Below are positions 35,604 to 45,300 of a DNA stretch of 64,000 nucleotides, piece after piece (the first letter of the stretch is position 1; every line of letters begins with the position of its first letter). The stretch is from a virus. The notes beneath the pieces are model-generated. The model was not told where the DNA came from, made no database searches, and saw nothing but the letters and a program-made list of their open reading frames with translations. Made by a program: the position numbers and the translations under genes. The DNA lies in IMG/VR virus record IMGVR_UViG_3300045684_000050, positions 32,001-96,000 of that record; one strand, written 5' to 3'.

Positions 35604-38074
35604 TAAAATCTTGTTTCAGATGAGTAATTAATTACTACATCACTAGCCGTTGCTTCTGTTGCTGTAACAGTTATGCTTTTTATTGCCGCTCTATTAAGAG
35701 GTATGACATCAGAGTACGAACCTCCGTATATTATGTGTCGATATGTTTCGTTATCATATAAAACTATATCTATTAACACTTTTACATTTTCCCGAACTTG
35801 AATATTAATTTTTCTTACATGAACTGTTGATGTAAATCCAGTAGCCACAATACTAGTTGTACCTCCTGTAGATATAGTACCTTCTACACTTCCACTACCT
35901 GTTTCTGCAAGATATTGATGCTTAGGTGATGGAATAACATTATCATCATTCCCATATTCACTTTCCGACCCTATTACTGTATAAGGTTCTCCATTTTCGT
36001 TAATATCACTGTATGTTACGGTCCCCCCGTAATTAAAAAATTGTCTATAAAAGGTAGTTTCAGTTTCTTGATATTCAATAGTTAAGTTTCTATTAGCAGT
36101 TACTCCCATATCACTATCTGTCCAAAAACTCCACTCTTTTATATTATCAGCATAAACATAAAATGAGGTTAATGCGTCTGCGGTGTTAGTATACCATCCA
36201 TTTGAAATAGTTACATTTGTAGTTCCTCTAAGGGTACTTGTAATAGCATTTATATTTTTAGAAAAGAATCCAATTCTGGTAATGGTTAGACCTCCTGGAT
36301 CAGGTAAACCTATTTTAATCCATCCAGTGAAAGGTCGATTTAGATGTATTAAATGATTTTGAAGTGAGTTTGTAATAACAACCTCTGCCCCAGTCAAAGA
36401 CCCCCCTTGTCCATAAATAGAATTACTTGGACTAAACCTGCCAGTATGTAATATGTGAGTTATATCCTGAGATAAATTAGATGTATGAGTATTCGTAATA
36501 TCTTGCCCAAATCCAGGAAATGCTGGATAGAGTTCAGAGTATGTTCCAGGTGTAAATATAGTAGGTGTTTCAAGATGACTATCTTTCATCTTAACTACTG
36601 TATAAGGTCTAACCCCTATTACTTCTTCACTATAAGGTAATGAGGTGTCTGCATTATCCCAGGCAGTTACATTGCCCAACACTGTATATGGTGTACCATC
36701 AAATTTAAGATCAGATGTAGTTATAGTACCACCATCATTATTATACTCACGAATAAATCTAGTCTTTGTTTCTTGTAAAGAAACACTAAATGTTCTTGCT
36801 GTTGGGCTTCCACTTTTTAAATCTGTAAAAAATGTAAAATAATGACAATCCTCCACATCATATGTTACTGTAGCAACTAGTGTATTATTTGTTTGAGAAT
36901 ACCACCCATCACCTTCATCAGTTGCATTAGTAAGTGTAGAAGGTATATTTAAATTCTCCGATACCTGTCCAATAAGATTTCCTACAGTAGAGCTATTATC
37001 TTCTATCGTTAATAATACCCTACCAGTAAATGCCCTGTTGAAATCAACCCTCCACTTAGAAACTCCTGTTAAAAACTGGGTTATTTTAGAACCCGAAGGG
37101 AATGGATTATTACCTGAAGGTGAACTGGTTTTTTGTATAATATCCCCCCCAACCGTGGATGTGTGAGTGTTAAATAATAGAGTGTCAAGATTTAATACCC
37201 CATCTTCCCTATTTAATGTAACAGGTGTTTCGGGATAATAATCCTCCATAACCAACGACTGGGAACTTCTGTTAATATCCCCATCGCTAAAACCAACAAT
37301 ACTTTCTATACCTTGTACAGTATAAGGTGTTCCATCCGCTAAGTAATCTACACTGCTAATTACACCATTTGTATTTATAAACTCTCTTATGAAGGTTACT
37401 TCTGTTTCTAAAAACTCAACAGTAAATAAAGTATCTGCAGTAGAATCATTAATAAACTCTACATCAAAAAAGAATGTTCTTACATCTTTTCCGTAAAAAG
37501 CGAGTAATCCATCAAGGAATTGAAGTGTATGGGTATAAGTTAAATCCCCATTATTGGTCATGCTGGATATAGTGTACAGGAATTCCTCTGAAGCATTACT
37601 TATAGTCCCTCCACTAGTAAATACCCCGTCTCTTCCCCCTAATCTTACTCTAATTTGCCCAGTAAATGGTCTATTTAAAGTTACTTTAATTGTATTAGGA
37701 CCTGCATTATTTACAGCAATATATCTATTTACATCTAAAACGAATCCCCCATGATCTGCCACAGCTGGGTTAACATCCAGAGCTATATCTGAATTCACAA
37801 CTTCCAAATAGGATACTAAGTCTGGTAATCCAAAAGCAGCAGTGTGTACTTGTCTAACAATAGGACTATTAGTTCCTGTAGCTGTATTTATTATGCTGGT
37901 GGCAGGGCCTACTTGAAAAGTAGCACTATCAAATGTTTCATCGAAACTATCCCGCATTATAACAGATTGCGGCTTATCACTAAGTAACTTTTCAATGTTA
38001 CATAAGTGTGCCTGAATCTTACTAGACAAGAATAATTGCTGTTGTATTTGTCCACTTTTCGCTGATCCAGCCAT
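35603..38074 (-). CDS. Structural protein with three internal ~210-240-aa repeats
   Basis: Three copies ending ET...F.R.F.N..G.....D....G.PYTV.G. Confidence 0.65.
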   Translation of the reverse strand: MAGSAKSGQIQQQLFLSSKIQAHLCNIEKLLSDKPQSVIMRDSFDETFDSATFQVGPATSIINTATGTNSPIVRQVHTAAFGLPDLVSYLEVVNSDIALDVNPAVADHGGFVLDVNRYIAVNNAGPNTIKVTLNRPFTGQIRVRLGGRDGVFTSGGTISNASEEFLYTISSMTNNGDLTYTHTLQFLDGLLAFYGKDVRTFFFDVEFINDSTADTLFTVEFLETEVTFIREFINTNGVISSVDYLADGTPYTVQGIESIVGFSDGDINRSSQSLVMEDYYPETPVTLNREDGVLNLDTLLFNTHTSTVGGDIIQKTSSPSGNNPFPSGSKITQFLTGVSKWRVDFNRAFTGRVLLTIEDNSSTVGNLIGQVSENLNIPSTLTNATDEGDGWYSQTNNTLVATVTYDVEDCHYFTFFTDLKSGSPTARTFSVSLQETKTRFIREYNNDGGTITTSDLKFDGTPYTVLGNVTAWDNADTSLPYSEEVIGVRPYTVVKMKDSHLETPTIFTPGTYSELYPAFPGFGQDITNTHTSNLSQDITHILHTGRFSPSNSIYGQGGSLTGAEVVITNSLQNHLIHLNRPFTGWIKIGLPDPGGLTITRIGFFSKNINAITSTLRGTTNVTISNGWYTNTADALTSFYVYADNIKEWSFWTDSDMGVTANRNLTIEYQETETTFYRQFFNYGGTVTYSDINENGEPYTVIGSESEYGNDDNVIPSPKHQYLAETGSGSVEGTISTGGTTSIVATGFTSTVHVRKINIQVRENVKVLIDIVLYDNETYRHIIYGGSYSDVIPLNRAAIKSITVTATEATASDVVINYSSETRF

Positions 38075-38084
38075 TTGCTTTTGT

Positions 38085-38672
38085 TTATGCTATGTAATTA
38101 ATTAAAAACAAGGAAATCAATAATGCCAATATCTTACTTCCGATATATAACCAATTATTCCCTCTAAAAAACTTATCAGTAATTGCTGTATTACCAATAT
38201 AAAATATATCTCGGCCCCATAATACATTTAGTGTTGCATCAAAAAACACCCAAAATATAAATGGGAATAAAAGTAAAAACCAAATATTAATGAAAGAGGA
38301 TAGCACTATAACTATCCCTCTTTGAACTATTCTCGAAGTATGATCTTCAATATAATCTTTATCCTTAATATGCTCTACATCTATGTAGGCACTAATCACC
38401 GTATAAGACAAAAAAAGAATAATAGGTATATAAACAGTCGTAGATCCAAAAATATGTAACAGGATGTAAGCTAATGCTCCACCTAATACAGTATAAATAA
38501 GATCGATAAAATCAAACCCTTTAGATTTTATCTGATCATATACTTCTTTCCCAAACCCAGACAGGATAGCTAAAGACAATCCTATCATAGGGTGAGCAAA
38601 GAATGATACAACTAAACAGATAATAAAACCGGCTATAGCATGTAGTATATAATCTTTTCTAAAATAATCCAT
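38085..38672 (-). CDS. Multi-pass membrane protein
   Basis: About 6 hydrophobic segments; H.IAG...GKEVYD..GFD..DL..T.LGG small-membrane-protein pattern. Confidence 0.65.
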   Translation of the reverse strand: MDYFRKDYILHAIAGFIICLVVSFFAHPMIGLSLAILSGFGKEVYDQIKSKGFDFIDLIYTVLGGALAYILLHIFGSTTVYIPIILFLSYTVISAYIDVEHIKDKDYIEDHTSRIVQRGIVIVLSSFINIWFLLLFPFIFWVFFDATLNVLWGRDIFYIGNTAITDKFFRGNNWLYIGSKILALLISLFLINYIA

Positions 38673-38673
38673 A

Positions 38674-40080
38674 TTATATCACATTTGTGTCCATAGTTAA
38701 TCCTGATAAAACATCTACTATATTCACTAAGGCCCCTATAGAATTTGTATAGCAATTAATCATTCTAACATTAATCGGTGTAACATTATTAGTCGCAATA
38801 CATGGAGTTATTCCATCATTAATGAAAATACAATCTTGAAAGATAATTTCTTCATGATTAAACGACGCACCAATGCTAATAACTTCTATCCCGTTTTGTG
38901 TACTTTCAAATCTACAATTCTTAAATATAAACCTTCCCGTACCATCTCCAAACTGATTTTGATTTAACATAACACAAGGATGTAGTGTTGAATGACTTTT
39001 ATAATTACCTTCAATAACTACTTTTGAATTATTTAAACACTCAAAATCAAAAAAGCCTATACAATAATAATTTTCAGATATTGCACTTTTAATATTAATA
39101 TGAACAAGTGAATCATCTGAAATTATGAAACCTTGCATACTAAGTGTTGGATTAGGCGTTCTAATATAATTAGCTATAACTGTGCTATGAAATCTAAAAT
39201 TTGGATCACTGGCTCCTCCAGCATAACCTATTTCAGGTTCTGCTTCCCCAGCAGCAGTAGAAGTCCCTGTATATCTAGGAACTACAGCAACAGACTCTCT
39301 TTCAGATATTATACTATCTATAGTGAAAAAAGCACTACCATCAAATCCTCCTAAATCTGACTGAAGACTTATACCTCCTCTTCCTGAAGACTCTATAAAT
39401 ATAGATCCAATATTATATTTACCATACATACCATCATAGGCAAATTGTCCAGGTTGCCATCTAATTATTCCATGCCTAGTAACATTGCTACTTTTAATAT
39501 GTTTGACAATAAAAGTAGAATATACATCTGAGTATTCTGTAGCTCCCGTTAAAGAAAAAACAATACCTTCTCCTGAATTTATTACAGTATTAACTTTCAC
39601 TATAGAATCTTTAGACACTCCCTGAAAACCCCAACCTCCTAAAAGTGTTAAGGTATCTATTTCTATTCGAACACTATCTGTCCCATAAAAAGGAATAGCA
39701 ATATCAACGCCTGCAACATCATAAGTAATATTTGAATATCCTAATAAATTAAAAGTAGTGTTTGGTGTAGCATAAGTATCATATTTACCACTTCCAAATG
39801 GGACCGTAACACCATCTGCTAATAAATTAACGTATGGATCACAATAAACATTAATCTTTCCACCATCAATAGCAAGTTGATCTTGTAATACCGTGCCATT
39901 TGTTGCTGTTAATTCATAACTACCATTTAAAATATAAATAGTATCACCATCTATAGCAGCATCTCTACACACATCTAATGTTTTCCAAGGACGTTCTCGA
40001 TCACCTTTCCTAGCAGAAATATCATTGCCTTCTACACTTAAATATAGTACATTACCATCTCTATGTATTTTATGACTCAT
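38674..40080 (-). CDS. Beta-helix tailspike/fibre paralog
   Basis: MSHKIH..LYLSVEGND....GD..RPWKTL.....A.DGDTIYILNGSY; C-terminus similar to 31730..33148. Confidence 0.7.
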   Translation of the reverse strand: MSHKIHRDGNVLYLSVEGNDISARKGDRERPWKTLDVCRDAAIDGDTIYILNGSYELTATNGTVLQDQLAIDGGKINVYCDPYVNLLADGVTVPFGSGKYDTYATPNTTFNLLGYSNITYDVAGVDIAIPFYGTDSVRIEIDTLTLLGGWGFQGVSKDSIVKVNTVINSGEGIVFSLTGATEYSDVYSTFIVKHIKSSNVTRHGIIRWQPGQFAYDGMYGKYNIGSIFIESSGRGGISLQSDLGGFDGSAFFTIDSIISERESVAVVPRYTGTSTAAGEAEPEIGYAGGASDPNFRFHSTVIANYIRTPNPTLSMQGFIISDDSLVHINIKSAISENYYCIGFFDFECLNNSKVVIEGNYKSHSTLHPCVMLNQNQFGDGTGRFIFKNCRFESTQNGIEVISIGASFNHEEIIFQDCIFINDGITPCIATNNVTPINVRMINCYTNSIGALVNIVDVLSGLTMDTNVI

Positions 40081-40086
40081 ATTATT

Positions 40087-41295
40087 TTATTTCAAATATA
40101 TATTACTACCATCTGAGATGAAAGTAATGTTTTCTCCAAGAGTAGCAAAAGTATAAACATTACCCACAGCTATATCGTCAAATATCACACCTGAAGTAGC
40201 AGTAAGTGTTACAGTATTTGCATTTGTTGGTTCTACACCAACAACCTTCATATCAAACACTACAGAGCACCCTGCCATAGTTAACATTATCGTAGGATCA
40301 ACAGTAATATTTATTGGGCCACCTGTATTATTAACGAAAATCATACCATCTGTTACAACAAATGAATCATCTGCAGTAACTGTTCTAAATCTAGTGGTTG
40401 TTCCACAAGTTTTTAAATCAGTAAACTCTGGTATCCAACTTGCACCTCCCCATCTATAATAGACCCTCCCATTATTAAAACTTATAATATAAGTATCGCC
40501 TGTAACTAACCCACTAGTAAGAGGAACTTCAGTGCCTGTATAATTTTCATTCCTTTCCAAAATTGTTGTGACAACATTAGTAACAACAGTACTATCATTT
40601 AATGTCCAACGTTGATCGTTATTCTCTGTATGAGTTACTGATAATTCATAATCAGAACCATTAAGATTTACGTCTACACTATTATCTGGAGAAGAAACAG
40701 TTTTAATCTTTGCTCCTATTGGAATATCAAATGTAGATAGGATAGTTGTTCCAACTACATCAATAATATTGAATCTCAAATCTCCATTTGGTAATACTTC
40801 TACAAAATCTAATCTTGTATTAGTATCATATGTACCTACAAGAGTATCTATATTCCAGGTAGTGTCTCCATTTGCATCAATAACAGCCGTTATATCGATA
40901 GACCCTTGTGGAGAAACAATACTATATGAAGGTAAACATTCTCTTATATCACAACAGGTTATATAGTCCAAAGGAATACATATCTCGTTATTTAATGTAT
41001 TGCTATCACAATCCGCATTAATTAGCTTTATAGTAGCTTCAGATCCATCAGGGCATTCTTCACTTACCAAAAACGTAACAACAAGACATGGAGTCGTATC
41101 AGTATTGGCATAAGTGCCTATGGTCCATATACCACTACTTTTATCAAATGTACCTTTTGTAGGGACTCCATCTGAAATAGTAATACCATCTGGCACTTCA
41201 ATCTCATACTGAACACCAGTAACAGTACCTGTTGTTAACTTGGGGATACAAATTGTTTTCGTAATTGTATCATTAATTTTAGCTATTTTACTCAT
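40087..41295 (-). CDS. Fibre-like protein with N-terminal DUF11-like domain
   Basis: VPDGITIS..VPTKGTFD..SGIWTIGT; C-terminal ..ITFISDGSNIYLK fibre-tip pattern. Confidence 0.55.
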   Translation of the reverse strand: MSKIAKINDTITKTICIPKLTTGTVTGVQYEIEVPDGITISDGVPTKGTFDKSSGIWTIGTYANTDTTPCLVVTFLVSEECPDGSEATIKLINADCDSNTLNNEICIPLDYITCCDIRECLPSYSIVSPQGSIDITAVIDANGDTTWNIDTLVGTYDTNTRLDFVEVLPNGDLRFNIIDVVGTTILSTFDIPIGAKIKTVSSPDNSVDVNLNGSDYELSVTHTENNDQRWTLNDSTVVTNVVTTILERNENYTGTEVPLTSGLVTGDTYIISFNNGRVYYRWGGASWIPEFTDLKTCGTTTRFRTVTADDSFVVTDGMIFVNNTGGPINITVDPTIMLTMAGCSVVFDMKVVGVEPTNANTVTLTATSGVIFDDIAVGNVYTFATLGENITFISDGSNIYLK

Positions 41296-41301
41296 GGTCT
41301 A

Positions 41302-42288
41302 CTAATTTGTATTTCCTTCAAGAGCAGCTATCCTACTCTCATAATTTTTTAATAATGTATTTATACTACTTAATGATTCTGGTATAGTTCCAGTAACAAC
41401 ATCATTACATCCTGAATCCGGAACTGATACTTTATTCAATATGCTTAAATCTTGAATCGCTTTATCTGCAACTGTAGCCGTACTTCCCAGACAATTAGTT
41501 ATTCCCCTTGAAGTTATACTGCCATTATTAATCGTATATCCTTTCAATGTAGCGATATAATTATCAACTAAAGATATTTTGTTAAATAGATGATCAGTAA
41601 TATCCGACAATGACATATTCGACGATATACTCTTTTCAGAGAAATCTTTAACTTCAAATACTTCACTTCCGGAATATGTTGAAGCCGTATTCATATGAAC
41701 ATTAGAGTCTAACACTACATTTCCATTTGGTGTCAGTAAAGTGACTTCTGATTGTACAGTAGCGGGAAACCTATCAAAATCTATATTGATGGTTCCTGAT
41801 TCAGCACTCGTAGACTGAACTAATGTAGTTCCATTCTTTAGTGCTCCATAAGACCTCGATCTTACAGAAAGAATCTGATATCCCTCCGGCAAGCTATTCT
41901 TAAGATTACTCAAATCGTAAGTAAACGCTGTACCTCTATTTGTGGTAACAGATGAATAATCAAAACTTAATCCTGAAAGAGCACTCGCATCTATTCCGGA
42001 AATAGAACCTATGTTTTTCAAAGATCCAGAATACTTTAAATCTGAACTCGATAGATCACAAATTTTAGAAATAATAGAACTCAATGCTGAATGAACGTCA
42101 GTTTCATAATCACAGTTATCACATTCCCCAGTAAAAGCACAATCTAATGCAATCTTCTTTTCAGTAAAGCCAAGGATGTATGCTATAAGTTTAGAAATGA
42201 CTTCTGACAGCATCATACCTTTGGTAATGCCCATTGATTCCACATCCGGGCCGGTATATTTTACTTGACTATCAGGAAATATTTTCAT
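41302..42288 (-). CDS. Structural protein
   Basis: VKYTGP.V..MGI.KG..L..VI.KL repeat-like motif; C-terminal coiled coil. Confidence 0.55.
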   Translation of the reverse strand: MKIFPDSQVKYTGPDVESMGITKGMMLSEVISKLIAYILGFTEKKIALDCAFTGECDNCDYETDVHSALSSIISKICDLSSSDLKYSGSLKNIGSISGIDASALSGLSFDYSSVTTNRGTAFTYDLSNLKNSLPEGYQILSVRSRSYGALKNGTTLVQSTSAESGTINIDFDRFPATVQSEVTLLTPNGNVVLDSNVHMNTASTYSGSEVFEVKDFSEKSISSNMSLSDITDHLFNKISLVDNYIATLKGYTINNGSITSRGITNCLGSTATVADKAIQDLSILNKVSVPDSGCNDVVTGTIPESLSSINTLLKNYESRIAALEGNTN

Positions 42289-42308
42289 CTCTTTTTTAAT
42301 TTATTTTA

Positions 42309-45300
42309 TTAGCAACAAGTACATGCAATGTCATCTACACATCCATAATTTGTTCCGTCACATGATCCCCAGCAATTACCAGGAAAGCTACATGATCCTG
42401 CAGTTGTAGCACAAGTACCAGTACATATTGTAGATACAGGATCAACACAAGTAGCAGCACAATTCGATGTAGCACATGTAGACCCATCACCTAGATAAGT
42501 TTGGAATGGTCCCGGACATGCAGCTGCAGTAATTCCATCTGTACAAGTGTTGCCACTACAACAAGCACCTGTAACTACAGAACATATATTATTACAAGTA
42601 GGATCATTAACGAACAATCCAGATCCATTATCTAAAACACAAGTATTTCCTGAACATGAATAATATTGTACACAGTTTCCAGCACCATCACAAACAAAGT
42701 TTGCTGGACATATATCTGTACATACTCCATTTGAACATTCTTCACAGTCATTAGCACTACAATTCGCATCTACGTCAACACAAGTTCCACTTGAACAATC
42801 TTGACATCCTGTACATGCTGGTTCACAACAATTTCCAGCTTCACAACCTGCAGGTAAAGTTAAACAACCATCAGGACGACCATCATTGTAAGCACAACAA
42901 CAAGCACAAAAATCTCCATTAGAAAGACATGATTTTCTGCAATCGGCAGCTCCATCAGCAGCACATTGAATACAAGAACAACCTCCATCACATGTTGTTG
43001 TAATACGAGCATTTTGACATGCAGATAATGTAGTATAACTTCCACTATTACCTGAAGCTTGAGAACAAGAACCTTGTGAACATTCATATGTTACACAGTT
43101 AAGTAAATCACAAACCATGGTTCCGTCAAGACATGTTTCTACAGCAGCATTACATGCATCTAATGTTGCAAACGTGCCTCCATTACCTGTCACACTACTA
43201 CACGTTCCATTACTACAGTTATAGGTTGTACATGATCCTGAGTTACATTCTGTACTTCCGTCTAGACAAGTAACTACTGATAGATTACAATCCTCTAATG
43301 TTGAAAAAGTTCCTCCAACACCTATAACATTAACACAATTTCCATTGCTACAATTATATGTCGTACATTCAGCAGCCGTACATTCTGTAGTGCCGTCTGG
43401 ACATCCAGTCCTTGATGCTGCACAAATAGTACTTGTTGCGAATGTTCCACTTATTCCTTGAACACCAAAACAACCTCCATTAACACAATTATATGTCGTA
43501 CATCCATTAGCACTACAAGCATCAGTACCATCAGGACAATTGAAGTATGATGCCTCACAAGCATCGAATGTAGCAAAGTTTCCACCATCTCCTGCAACAG
43601 CAATACATGCATTCATGGAACAATTATAAGTCGTACAGTCATTAGCATTACAAACATCAGTACCATCTTGACATGTATAGATGCTTGCATCACATAATTC
43701 TAACGTAGTAAATGCTCCACCTAATCCTGCTACAGAAATACAGTTTCCATTACTACAATTATATGTCGTACATGCGTTTGTATTACATTCATCACTTCCA
43801 TCTGGACAATTAATAATAGCAGCATTACATAATTCTAACGTAGTAAATGCTCCACCTAATCCTGCTACAGAAATACAGTTTCCATTACTACAATTATATG
43901 TCGTACATTCATTAGCACTACATACCTCTGTACCATCTGGACAATTAATAACAGCTGCATTACAATCTCCCATGTTTCCATAAGTTCCTCCGGTTCCATT
44001 AACTGGAACACAAGATCCACTTATACAATTATAAGTAGTACATTCAGCAGCTGTACATTCTAAACCTCCACCAGGACATCCAACCCTTGAATTCTCACAT
44101 TGAGAGAATGTATTAAATGCTCCACCTACTCCTCCTACAGGACTACAAATACCATTACTACAATTATATGTAGTACATTCTCCTGGACTACATTTTGTAG
44201 TTCCATCAGGACAGTTAGTTACTGCTGCATTACAATCTCCTATAGTATCATAAACTCCTCCTAATCCTCCAACAGGACTACAAATACCATTAACACAATT
44301 ATAAGTCGTACATTCTCCTGGACTACATTTTGTAGTTCCATCAGGACAGTTAGTTACTGCTGCATTACAATCTCCTATAGTATCATAAACTCCTCCAACT
44401 CCTCCAACAGCACTACACACTCCATTAACACAATTATAAGTCGTACATTGACTGTCTACACATTTAGTAGATCCATCAGGACATGTAAATAAATTCGCAT
44501 TACATTGATCCAATGTATTAAAAGTTCCACCTACACCACTAATCATCACACAATTACCATTACTGCAATTATAAGTAATACATTGATTTGATGCACATTG
44601 GTTAGATCCATCAGGACAAGGATATAATGAAGCATTACATAATGCTAACGTAGTAAAAGTTCCACCTACACCACTAATCATCACACAATTACCATTACTG
44701 CAATTATAAGTAATACATTGACTGTCTACACATTTATTAGATCCATCAGGACAATTAAATATAGATGCTTGACAAGCGGGTAATGTTCCAAAAGCTCCTC
44801 CTATTCCATTTACAGGCAAACAATTACCATTACTGCAATTATAAGTAATGCACTCGTTTGACGTACATTTCAAAGATCCGTCAGGACACCCTACTCTTGA
44901 ATTAATACATTGAGCAAATGTTCCAAAAGCTCCTCCTATTCCAGGCACTGTTTGGCAATTACCATTATTACAATTATATGTTGTACATTCATTCGACGTA
45001 CATTCTGTAGTTCCATCAGGGCAAGTAAATATTGAAGCATTACATTGAGCCGATGTATTAAAAGTTCCTCCAACACCTATAACACTAACACAATTTCCAT
45101 TGCTACAATTATATGTTGTACAACCATTGGAAGTACATTTAATAGATCCATCAGGACAAGGAAATAAATTCGCGTTACATTGACCTAGTGTAGCATACAT
45201 GCCTTGAGCTCCAGCTCCTTGAATAATACAACTTCCATTTATACAATTATATCCATAATTACAACTACCATCATCTACAGTAGCAGCAGGATTATAATTA

